A stretch of DNA of 36,387 nucleotides from Bacillota bacterium (GTDB lineage: Bacteria > Bacillota > Clostridia > Lachnospirales > Bianqueaceae): contig JAFUJY010000304.1 of assembly GCA_017467985.1 (NCBI GenBank), positions 1 to 36,387 on the forward strand, in the 5' to 3' direction. The stretch's first letter is position 1; every line of letters begins with the position of its first letter. Shown in pieces: positions 16,893 to 24,769 of the stretch. A model generated the notes under the pieces. It worked only from the letters and a program-made list of their open reading frames with translations. It searched no databases and was not told where the DNA came from. The translations under genes were made by a program, and so were the position numbers.

Positions 16893-19252
16893 CTCTTTAA
16901 GATCACCGTCTGACTCAGATCCAAAACGCTGCCATTCACAAAGGCTTCTCCGTCATTTATCCGCAGGCCCTTCGCCCACTCCTCCGGCAAAAGAACCTGC
17001 ACCTTGGCAGGTCGCTCCGGATGGAAGATGATCTCCACTTCATGATCATCACGATTCCAGGACATCTCCACTTCACCCTGCATATAATGCAGACGGGTGT
17101 AACCCTTGCCCCAACGCTTGGGCAGCGCCGGCAAAAGCTTCACACACTCAGGCTGGGCAAAAAGCAGCATTTCCTGCATGGCGCCCACCACACCCAAAGA
17201 TGCATCCAGCTGAATGGGCGCGAAGGCTCCGTTTTGGGTAAATAGTGTCAGGCCCATACTTTTCCAGTCATTGTGCAGCGACAAGAAACTCTTGGTCAAA
17301 CATGCTCGGCACATCATATCCAAGCTGGCCAGAGCCGCCTCCGGTCGTTCAAAACGAGCATAAATGGATGCCATATGGGCCAATGACCATCCGGTCTGGG
17401 CTCCCAGTTCCCGCTTATCCACCGCCTTTTCAAACTGATCCGTCAATTCTGAAGGAGCCACGCCCTTAATGATTTCTCTTCCAGGGAACATGGGATAAAT
17501 ATGGGACAAATGACGATGGTTGTAGCGTTGGGTCAGACCCGGCCACTGCCACTCCTTCATATCTCCGTCATCTGTGGCTTCATATGCAGGCAGGTGTGCA
17601 ATGATCTCCTGCCAGGCTTCAATCTTCTCACCATATAATCCTGTCAGCTGGGCCGCCTCGCACAAATTGGTCAGCAGTTCTTTGATCACTGCAATATCCA
17701 TCGTAGAATTATAGGCTGACGGACAAGGATGAGCCAAATCCTCCCATTCTTCACTGGGCATCAGGCTCTTGGGTGTGTTTTCCGGCGAAACTGACGGATA
17801 AATCACATATGTGCCATCCTGACCCTTGACCAAATAGGCCTCGTAAAAGTCTGCAGCCTCTTTCATAAAGGGCATGATCTTTTCTTCCAGCAGCTTTTTA
17901 TCCCCGGTATACTGATAATAGCTGTAAAAATGCTGGGCCATCCAACCGGCACAGCCGATCCAGTTCATAATAACCGGTACGACCTGGTTGGGTATGGCAA
18001 CTCCGGGTGTGGTTCCCGCCGGCATATAGATCCCCGGCAGTTCAAACAACTTCCGAGCATTGTCCCGATACTGATCTAAGAATCCCAAATAATAATCAAT
18101 CAACGGTTCATACAACTGTGTCAAACCGCCGCCCAACACATGCCAGTAGATCATCTGGGTGTTTTCGTTGGCCATATTGTGGGGCCAGGCCATGGAATAA
18201 CGACCATGATAAATGCCATACAACGGGAAGGGCAATGCCCCGGGACGGGTTCCGCAAATCATCAGATACCGTCCGAACTTCCACAATTTATTCAACAGCA
18301 CATTGGGTGCTCCGTCATCAAAGGCTTCCTCCAGCAAATGCTCATTATATGCATCCACCAATTCCGGCTCTTCTTCCAATTTCAACTCCGCACTGCGATA
18401 CAAAGGCTCGTGAAGCTTACGATGCGCCTCCAACAGCTCATCATAGTTCTCCGTCACAGCTGCCAGTTCATTTTTTAACTGGGCAAAGCTCTGCTCACGA
18501 TCAAGACTCTTCACAAAGACCTTGACCAATACCATGACTTCATGACCGTCGGTTACATGCAGACCACCCTTACCATTGGGAGCAGCCTCACCAATGACCC
18601 GGGCTACTGCACCAAAATCCGTACCATCATCGTTGGTTCCTGCATAATAAATGTAAGCACCTTCGGAATGAACCTTCAAAGAATCCCCCAGTTCCTGGCG
18701 TTTTCTTTCCACGTCATCCTCACCGGTCTCATGGAGCGCCAGACGCACGGTCATATCCAGCGGCTTGGTCTCACACTGAATCTTCCAGACCACCACGTCT
18801 TTATCCCTGGAAACAAAGCCCCGACGGCACATGGGGTGTCCGTCATCCTTCCACTGGACTACAATCTCCCCCCGGTCCATATGCAGATATCGGCGATAAT
18901 GGGAAAAACCACCATATTGATTCAGCCCCAGGCGCAGCGCACATACCGGGAAGGGTGCTCCCAAAGCTGCCTTGTACCCTTGCGCCTTCACCTCATTGGT
19001 GATCACCCAGTTGGCATTCCACAAATCGCCCTCGTCCATCATCTTGCGAGTCCGCTCCAGCGCTCCATGCAGCTGAGGCACCTCGGTTTTCACCTGATGA
19101 TGCCACAAGGCCGAATGATTAATAATCACCGTCTCATCCGCCACATGACCATAAGCCAGCATAGCCACCTGGCCATTGCCTGACGGATAGGCTTCCCGCC
19201 ACAGGTCCCGGTACCAAGCCGCCGGGTATTTACTCATTAAAACATCGCTCAT
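16889..19252 (-). CDS. GH95-like glycoside hydrolase (alpha-L-fucosidase family)
   Basis: 787 aa. The N-terminus (WREAYPSGNGQVAMLAYG ... INHSALW) and overall size resemble GH95. There is a 4-nt overlap with the MocR gene. Confidence 0.7.
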   Translation of the reverse strand: MSDVLMSKYPAAWYRDLWREAYPSGNGQVAMLAYGHVADETVIINHSALWHHQVKTEVPQLHGALERTRKMMDEGDLWNANWVITNEVKAQGYKAALGAPFPVCALRLGLNQYGGFSHYRRYLHMDRGEIVVQWKDDGHPMCRRGFVSRDKDVVVWKIQCETKPLDMTVRLALHETGEDDVERKRQELGDSLKVHSEGAYIYYAGTNDDGTDFGAVARVIGEAAPNGKGGLHVTDGHEVMVLVKVFVKSLDREQSFAQLKNELAAVTENYDELLEAHRKLHEPLYRSAELKLEEEPELVDAYNEHLLEEAFDDGAPNVLLNKLWKFGRYLMICGTRPGALPFPLYGIYHGRYSMAWPHNMANENTQMIYWHVLGGGLTQLYEPLIDYYLGFLDQYRDNARKLFELPGIYMPAGTTPGVAIPNQVVPVIMNWIGCAGWMAQHFYSYYQYTGDKKLLEEKIMPFMKEAADFYEAYLVKGQDGTYVIYPSVSPENTPKSLMPSEEWEDLAHPCPSAYNSTMDIAVIKELLTNLCEAAQLTGLYGEKIEAWQEIIAHLPAYEATDDGDMKEWQWPGLTQRYNHRHLSHIYPMFPGREIIKGVAPSELTDQFEKAVDKRELGAQTGWSLAHMASIYARFERPEAALASLDMMCRACLTKSFLSLHNDWKSMGLTLFTQNGAFAPIQLDASLGVVGAMQEMLLFAQPECVKLLPALPKRWGKGYTRLHYMQGEVEMSWNRDDHEVEIIFHPERPAKVQVLLPEEWAKGLRINDGEAFVNGSVLDLSQTVILKR

Positions 19253-19253
19253 A

Positions 19254-21833
19254 TCACTTTACCCCTTTGATTACTACCGGTCCCAGCAAGCCCACCGGCT
19301 CCTGAGGCAGGGTCATGCCGAACCGATCCTGCTGACTCTGCTGATGTCCCAGCGTATTTACCACCACAATCTTCATGTCGTTCTCGCCCTGAACAAATAC
19401 ATCTCCGTCAATTATCAAAGTATAAGGAGGTGCTACTCGTACGCCCACGGATACGCCATTCACCCACACTTCTGCAGTTTCATATACATCGCCCAAGTCC
19501 ATGGCAATCGTCTTATACTTCTCCGTCATAATAACCGTTGTTTCATAAATCATGGTTCCGGAGAATTCCTGGTACTGATCCGCTGCAGCCAGGTTCACCA
19601 GTTCAGCTTCCTCTACCACACAAAGATCATCCTTACCCGCAGGCATTAACGTCAGCTGCCACTCTTTCAGTTCCGCAGCCACTTCAGCATTTCCGTCAAC
19701 CTCTGGTGCAAAGGCACCGTTCTGATCATTACACAGCACCAACGCCTGATAAGGAGTTAAAGTCAGCTTTACTTTATCTCCGTCAACTTCTGCGCGGCGC
19801 AGTACATTATCAAAGGCATCGTACCAGCAAACCTCTCCATTCATGGGCACCTTCACCCAGGTGTCAATTGCATTCACAGGATCCTCATTAAAGAACAAAA
19901 TCAGATCTCCGTCATTCTGTACATAATGATAATAACGCAGATAGGGCTGGGCACTATCACACTCAATCTCATACATTCCCTTGCCCTTCAGCTCCGGCAC
20001 AAGTTCTTCCAGACCAATCACGCAGCCCACCGGTTTCTCCGGCAGTACACTTTCTGCAATAGCCAAGGGCTGTACCACCTTAGGCTGCCCATCCACAAAG
20101 TATACCGGCACGCCACAGGCTGCCGCCTCTTCGCACCAATGATACATTCTTTCGCTGATGCATCCCCGGGCACTGATAATCAGCGCCTGCATCTTTTCTC
20201 CGCCCACCATAAAGGTGCCATCCTCTGCCCGGCAGGTCACCAGCACATCCTCCGGCACGATCTCGTAGTCGATCTGCGCCCTGTTCAGTTCCAGAGCCAC
20301 CTCTTCCAGGGGCTGAGAAGTCTTATAATCCATCCATTCCCCTTCAGCAGAATACAGCAGCGCCACCATGGGTACGTGACGACCATCGCTGATCAGGTGA
20401 CTCACACGATTCATATAATTCATCACATACTTAAAGTACGGATACTGAGGGTTATTGCCCCGGGCATAGAAATGGGGCGGACAATCCGGATCATGAAAAT
20501 CTTTCATGGTAAAAGCATGGGGCACATACCAGTTAATGCCCCGCACCAGCATATGATCCGTCAGCCACTTCATCATCTTCAAACCTTCGGACCAGCCATA
20601 GGCGCCAAAGATTTCGCACATGGTACGTCCCTTCTTCTTCGGATCCATATGACCCAAAGAACTGCCCATCTTCGCCAGAATATTATGGAACAACTTACCA
20701 TTGTAAAAGGCCTGTCCATCAATACGGTAAAACTCCGTATCCTCCAGACCGGGACGGATCTGCTGCAGTACCACGTCAATACCGGACATATCCTGTCCCC
20801 ACAAAGACCGGAAGAAGTGTGCCGGGCCATGCCCCAATCGGGCATGGGAACCATTGTCCTCGATAATATGTCCAATATATTCCACGCCGTGCTCACGGCA
20901 CCAGTCACCCAGCTGCTGAGAAAAGTTCACCTCGAACAGCTTACTTACATTATCCATATAAGAGAGGCGAGCCGCCGGGCTCATATCCTTAACCTCGTAC
21001 CAACAGGCGGTCAGTGCCAGCAAAAACTGAGGACCCCACTGCTCCTTTAAGTTTTCTTCCATTTCACCGCACCAGCTCAACGGCATGGCCAGATTCCCCA
21101 TTTGAGCGATTCCCGGCATGGACGCACCACCGCTGTTACCCATCTGAGGCTCATCGGAGAAAAAGCCCGCAATAGTCTTACCAAATTCATCCTTATAATG
21201 TTCCCAATGGGGCTCATAACAAATATCCAGCAGCAGACGCACTGTGGCACGATCAATCATATTTCCATGGGTCTGGCGATCACGGCCCTTATAGGTAGTC
21301 TTAATGATGACCACACTCCACAGCCCCTCCGGCGCATCCCAATACACCTTCTGACCCTGCACATGGTCGCTGATATCCACCAGATCCGCCATACTTTCTT
21401 TATTTTTGCGATCTCGGCGAGCTGCCACCACGCCCAGCAGTTTTTCTTCATCTTCTAATTTAATTACAAAGGAGGTTCCCTTCGTCGGGCCCACCACATC
21501 AATACAATAATGAACCACCAGCTGCTTGCGGGCCTGGGGGAACTCTGCCAAACGGCCATTCAAATACCCCGTCGGGAAATGAGCATCGTCCAGAATCCAC
21601 ACCTTCATGTCCCGCTTTTTCGCCTCGTCCAGAATAATGTCCATATCCTCCCACCACTTGGGGCCCACATACTCCGGATGGGGTCGGGACTCTACACACA
21701 CTGCACCAATCCCGGCCTCATGGATGCGCTTCATTCCCTCACGCAGGGTCGCCTCATCCTCACCATGCTGCCAGTAAAAGGGCAGAATATAATTACCATT
21801 TCTGTTTTCCAGCACTTCCTGAATCTTTCTCAT
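19254..21833 (-). CDS. Large glycoside-hydrolase-like protein (TIM-barrel N-terminal half, beta-sandwich/jelly-roll C-terminal half); family not assignable by eye
   Basis: 859 aa. It contains ILPFYWQHGEDEATLREGMKRIHEAGIGAVCVESRPHP, and the C-terminus (WVNGVSVGVRVAPPY) resembles a galactose-binding-like domain. Confidence 0.55.
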   Translation of the reverse strand: MRKIQEVLENRNGNYILPFYWQHGEDEATLREGMKRIHEAGIGAVCVESRPHPEYVGPKWWEDMDIILDEAKKRDMKVWILDDAHFPTGYLNGRLAEFPQARKQLVVHYCIDVVGPTKGTSFVIKLEDEEKLLGVVAARRDRKNKESMADLVDISDHVQGQKVYWDAPEGLWSVVIIKTTYKGRDRQTHGNMIDRATVRLLLDICYEPHWEHYKDEFGKTIAGFFSDEPQMGNSGGASMPGIAQMGNLAMPLSWCGEMEENLKEQWGPQFLLALTACWYEVKDMSPAARLSYMDNVSKLFEVNFSQQLGDWCREHGVEYIGHIIEDNGSHARLGHGPAHFFRSLWGQDMSGIDVVLQQIRPGLEDTEFYRIDGQAFYNGKLFHNILAKMGSSLGHMDPKKKGRTMCEIFGAYGWSEGLKMMKWLTDHMLVRGINWYVPHAFTMKDFHDPDCPPHFYARGNNPQYPYFKYVMNYMNRVSHLISDGRHVPMVALLYSAEGEWMDYKTSQPLEEVALELNRAQIDYEIVPEDVLVTCRAEDGTFMVGGEKMQALIISARGCISERMYHWCEEAAACGVPVYFVDGQPKVVQPLAIAESVLPEKPVGCVIGLEELVPELKGKGMYEIECDSAQPYLRYYHYVQNDGDLILFFNEDPVNAIDTWVKVPMNGEVCWYDAFDNVLRRAEVDGDKVKLTLTPYQALVLCNDQNGAFAPEVDGNAEVAAELKEWQLTLMPAGKDDLCVVEEAELVNLAAADQYQEFSGTMIYETTVIMTEKYKTIAMDLGDVYETAEVWVNGVSVGVRVAPPYTLIIDGDVFVQGENDMKIVVVNTLGHQQSQQDRFGMTLPQEPVGLLGPVVIKGVK

Positions 21834-21858
21834 GACAAATACCCCCTATATGTTTTCT

Positions 21859-21891
21859 AGGTCTTTGATGTTATTATATCATCAAAGACTT
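21859..21891. repeat. 10-bp perfect inverted repeat in the divergent GH / murT control region (candidate operator)
   Basis: GTCTTTGATG (21861-21870), 9 nt spacer, CATCAAAGAC (21880-21889). It lies 28 nt upstream of the GH start codon. Confidence 0.5.
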
Positions 21892-21929
21892 CATATTCCA
21901 ACTATTTTATTATGAATAATTTACTTTAC

Positions 21930-21958
21930 TTGCATATCCGTTCAGAATTTGATATAAT
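21930..21958 (+). promoter_or_regulatory. Sigma-A promoter for murT-gatD-like operon
   Basis: TTGCAT (21930-21935), 17 nt spacer, TGaTATAAT (TATAAT at 21953-21958). Confidence 0.6.
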
Positions 21959-21998
21959 AGGTGTACCTTAAAATACCCTGAAGAAAGGAATCCTACGA

Positions 21999-23366
21999 AT
22001 GAAAAGTATTCGTTTTTATCTTGCACTTTATGGTGCTAAGCTTTTTTCCAAAGCTTTGGTAATGCTGCACCGCAACGGTACCCACAATCCCGGTGTTCTG
22101 GCCATGAAGATCTGCCCTGATTTTCTGACACAGATGGACAAGCCCAAGACCATTATCGGTATCACCGGTACCAATGGCAAAACAACCACTGCCAACATGG
22201 TCAACGACATTCTCATTGAGAACGGTTTTGACCCGGTGAGTAACCGTACCGGCAGCAATATTCTGGGCGGTATTGCAACTACATTAATCAACACCCTGAA
22301 CTGGAAAGGACAGGTGGTGAAGGATCTGGTGGTTCTGGAACTGGATGAACGCAGTTCTCGCCTGATTTACCCCCATGTTCACCCCACCCTTCTGCTGGTC
22401 ACCAACCTGTTTCGCGACTCTTTCAAGCGCAACGCCCATTCTGAGTTTATTTTTGATATTCTTGACCAGCACATTCCCGCTTCCACCAAGCTGGTATTGA
22501 ACGGTGATGATCTGGTCAGCGCCCGTCTGGCCCCCAATAATGACCGTGTATATTTTGGTATCGAGCCTTTGGAACATGAGGATATGACCTCTGCCAACAT
22601 CATTCAGGATATGCCTTTGTGTCCCTACTGTGGCGCTCCCATGCAGTATGAGTTCCGCCGGTATCATCATATTGGCCGCGCCCATTGTACCCGCTGTGAC
22701 TTCGGTTCTCCTGAGCTGAACTATGCTGTGACCTCTATCAAGGATGGTCGTCTTCAGATGCGGATCGGCGACCAGGTTACCGATCTGAAAATGGTAGGTT
22801 CCTCCCACGATGCCTATAACCTGGCCAGCGCAGTTGCCCTGCTCAGCGAGTTTGGTCTGACGCCCATCCAGCTGCGGGCTTCCATCGAAAAGCTGCAGAT
22901 CCTCAAGAGCCGTTATATTGATCAAGTGATTGGCGGCAAGCGCGTGATTTCTACCCTGGCTAAGGGTCAAAACCCTGTGGCCTGTTCTCGAGTATTTGAT
23001 ACCATCCGTCAGACCCCCGGGCGCAAAGCCGTGGTACTGATGATCGACGACTTGGGCGATGCCGAGACCACCAGCGAAAACATCGCTTGGCTGTACGATA
23101 CCGATTTTGAATTCTTGGTGGATGATTCCATTATACAGATCATCTGCAGCGGTCTGCGTCGTCTGGACCATCAGGTTCGCCTGCTGGTTGGCGGTGCCGA
23201 TCCTTCCCGGATCACCTGTATCCCCGAAGAGGCTGATGCTGTCAACGCGATTCGCCTGGATGATGTAGACACAATTTTCCTGCTTCATGATGTTTATACC
23301 GCATACAAGGCCAGAACGGCCGATACGATCCTAAGAGCCCGTCTTGAAGAAAAGGAGGAGGCATAA
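21999..23366 (+). CDS. murT: MurT-like Mur-ligase family protein (lipid II isoglutaminyl synthase ligase-subunit homologue)
   Basis: ATP-binding loop ITGTNGKTTTANM, Cys4 ribbon CPYCGAPMQYEFRRYHHIGRAHCTRCDF and a C-terminal DUF1727-like region ending WLYDTDFE. Confidence 0.82.
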   Translation: MKSIRFYLALYGAKLFSKALVMLHRNGTHNPGVLAMKICPDFLTQMDKPKTIIGITGTNGKTTTANMVNDILIENGFDPVSNRTGSNILGGIATTLINTLNWKGQVVKDLVVLELDERSSRLIYPHVHPTLLLVTNLFRDSFKRNAHSEFIFDILDQHIPASTKLVLNGDDLVSARLAPNNDRVYFGIEPLEHEDMTSANIIQDMPLCPYCGAPMQYEFRRYHHIGRAHCTRCDFGSPELNYAVTSIKDGRLQMRIGDQVTDLKMVGSSHDAYNLASAVALLSEFGLTPIQLRASIEKLQILKSRYIDQVIGGKRVISTLAKGQNPVACSRVFDTIRQTPGRKAVVLMIDDLGDAETTSENIAWLYDTDFEFLVDDSIIQIICSGLRRLDHQVRLLVGGADPSRITCIPEEADAVNAIRLDDVDTIFLLHDVYTAYKARTADTILRARLEEKEEA

Positions 23367-23367
23367 A

Positions 23368-24084
23368 ATGATCATCGAAATCCTCTACCCCGAAATTTGT
23401 AATCTATTTGGCGACATCGGTAATATCCAATATCTGCAGCACTGTCTGCCGGATGCTGAGTTTGTTCCCACTACTTTTGGTACTGAACCTCTGTTTGCTA
23501 CCGAGACTCCGGACTTTATTTACATGGGAACCGCTTCTGAGAAGAACCAGGAGAAAATCATTGCTATGCTGTCTCCCTATCGTGTTCGCTTAAAAGAACT
23601 GCTGGAGACCGGCGTCCCCATGCTGTTCACCGGTAATGCCGGCGAAATTCTTTTTGACTATATCGAGAACTGGGATGGTCGCAAGATCCCCGGTTTGGGC
23701 ATCGTTCCCTTCACCGCTAAGCGCTCCCAGTATACCCGTTATAACGGATTGACTCTGGCCACCTTCCACGATCAGTTCGATACTCTGGGCTTCCGCAGTC
23801 AGTTCACCTACTGGTATGGTGATAACTCTTCCTGCCCCTTTGTATCCTGTAAAAAAGGAATCGGAATGAACCCCGAATCCTCTCTGGAAGGCATCCACCT
23901 GCACAATACCATCATTACCGCTCAATTGGGCCCCATCCTGGTGAACAACCCCAAGCTGACCCGACATGTGCTGGACTCCATGGGCGCGGTTGATGCCCCC
24001 GTGGCTTTTGAAAAGGAAATCCAGGCAGCTTATGATGTACGAATGCAGGAGTTCTTAAATCCGAAAATCAAGTTCTCTATATGA
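23368..24084 (+). CDS. gatD: GatD-like (CobB/CobQ-type glutamine amidotransferase fold) partner of MurT, apparently lacking the catalytic Cys/His
   Basis: The start MIIEILYPEICNLFGDIGNIQYL follows AAGGAGGAGG, one nt after the murT stop. It is collinear with my recollection of S. aureus GatD. It reads LFTGNAGE where LTICGGYQ is expected and AQLGP where YLHGP is expected. Confidence 0.7.
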   Translation: MIIEILYPEICNLFGDIGNIQYLQHCLPDAEFVPTTFGTEPLFATETPDFIYMGTASEKNQEKIIAMLSPYRVRLKELLETGVPMLFTGNAGEILFDYIENWDGRKIPGLGIVPFTAKRSQYTRYNGLTLATFHDQFDTLGFRSQFTYWYGDNSSCPFVSCKKGIGMNPESSLEGIHLHNTIITAQLGPILVNNPKLTRHVLDSMGAVDAPVAFEKEIQAAYDVRMQEFLNPKIKFSI

Positions 24085-24342
24085 TAAAGACTGGATTGAT
24101 TTTAGAAGGGGGCGCCATGCGGGGCCCTCTTTACCGCCGGTGTCATCGCTGTTTTCATGGAAAACGGCATTACTTTTGACGGTGCCATCGGCGTCTCCGC
24201 CGGTGATGTTTTTGTCATTCGTCCGGATGCTCCTCTGCCCGTGGGCCGCACTGAAAATGATCCCACCAAGCTTGTTACAGCCTATAGCCTTGGTCGTTTC
24301 GCAGCCCTCAGGCAGCTGGATGCTTTACATGCTTTTTTATAA
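24081..24342 (+). pseudogene. Decayed patatin-family gene (frameshift plus large internal deletion)
   Basis: The ATG overlaps the gatD stop (ATGA). It encodes MIKTGLILEGGAMRG, then an extra C in GGGGCCC shifts the frame. The other frame continues LFTAGVIAVFMENGITFDGAIGVSAG and jumps directly to a C-terminal-like tail (VIRPDAPLPVGRTENDP), for about 87 codons in total. Confidence 0.7.
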
Positions 24343-24359
24343 TTTTTCTCATAAAGCTG

Positions 24360-24388
24360 TTGACAAATCAAAAAACCGGCGTTATAAT
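24360..24388 (+). promoter_or_regulatory. Consensus sigma-A promoter of the metQNI leader
   Basis: TTGACA (24360-24365), exactly 17 nt spacer, TATAAT (24383-24388). Confidence 0.8.
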
Positions 24389-24421
24389 CAAGCCAACCTG
24401 TAAGGAAAGGAGAACACGATC

Positions 24422-24541
24422 ATGATTAAGAGCTATACCACAACCGCTATGATGATGATGGAGATGTACATGTGCCGCATGTGCATGTTTTTTGATGCTT
24501 CTTTATCCGATAAGTTCTCCATCATCGAGCCCACTGCTTGA
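24422..24541 (+). CDS. 39-codon Met/Cys-rich leader peptide (attenuator ORF)
   Basis: SD AAGGAAAGGAGA, then MIKSYTTTAMMMMEMYMCRMCMFFDASLSDKFSIIEPTA. Codons 10-22 contain 8 AUG and 2 UGC. Confidence 0.75.
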   Translation: MIKSYTTTAMMMMEMYMCRMCMFFDASLSDKFSIIEPTA

Positions 24542-24571
24542 TTGATTATCCTGGCAGATCACATTGCTTAG

Positions 24572-24610
24572 AACCGGAAGACTTCATCGGAGTCTTCCGG
24601 TTTCTTTATT
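24572..24610 (+). terminator. Attenuator terminator downstream of the Met-rich leader ORF
   Basis: A 12-bp perfect stem AACCGGAAGACT (24572-24583) / AGTCTTCCGGTT (24591-24602) with a 7-nt loop, followed by a TTTCTTTATT tail. Confidence 0.85.
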
Positions 24611-24654
24611 ATACAGGGTTACAATGCATACAAACCTTAGAAAGGACCTACATC

Positions 24655-24711
24655 ATGGGCATTTATTTCGAAAAACTTGTCCGAGAAAACTTCCGTTTCG
24701 GACGAATGTGA
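24655..24711 (+). CDS. Conserved 18-codon upstream ORF, copy A (MGIYFEKLVRENFRFGRM)
   Basis: SD AAAGGA lies 8 nt upstream and the ORF ends 58 nt before the metQ ATG. A paralogous copy sits at 27286-27354, with only synonymous differences in the 14-codon core. Confidence 0.7.
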   Translation: MGIYFEKLVRENFRFGRM

Positions 24712-24769
24712 ATCACTCCTCTCACCACTGCATTCATATATGACTAACACAAAAAAGGAGATTATTATC

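Noticed and set aside
24597-24625. Possible second promoter (TACAAT at 24620-24625) driving uORF-A independently of the attenuator. The idea came from similarity to the TATAATGCAT of the metY promoter.
   Set aside because: The -35 position reads CCGGTT and there is no TG extension. The -10 similarity may only reflect common ancestry of the two uORF modules. It is kept as a possibility, not called as a feature.
24677-24769. N-terminal extensions offered by the ORF track: metQ from 24677, metI from 26316, gatD-like from 23344, adaptor from 3674, AKR from 15516 and AAA ATPase from 6029.
   Set aside because: In each case an internal ATG has a proper SD at 5-9 nt. It yields the canonical N-terminus (a lipoprotein signal peptide or a family-typical start) and tight coupling to the upstream stop codon.
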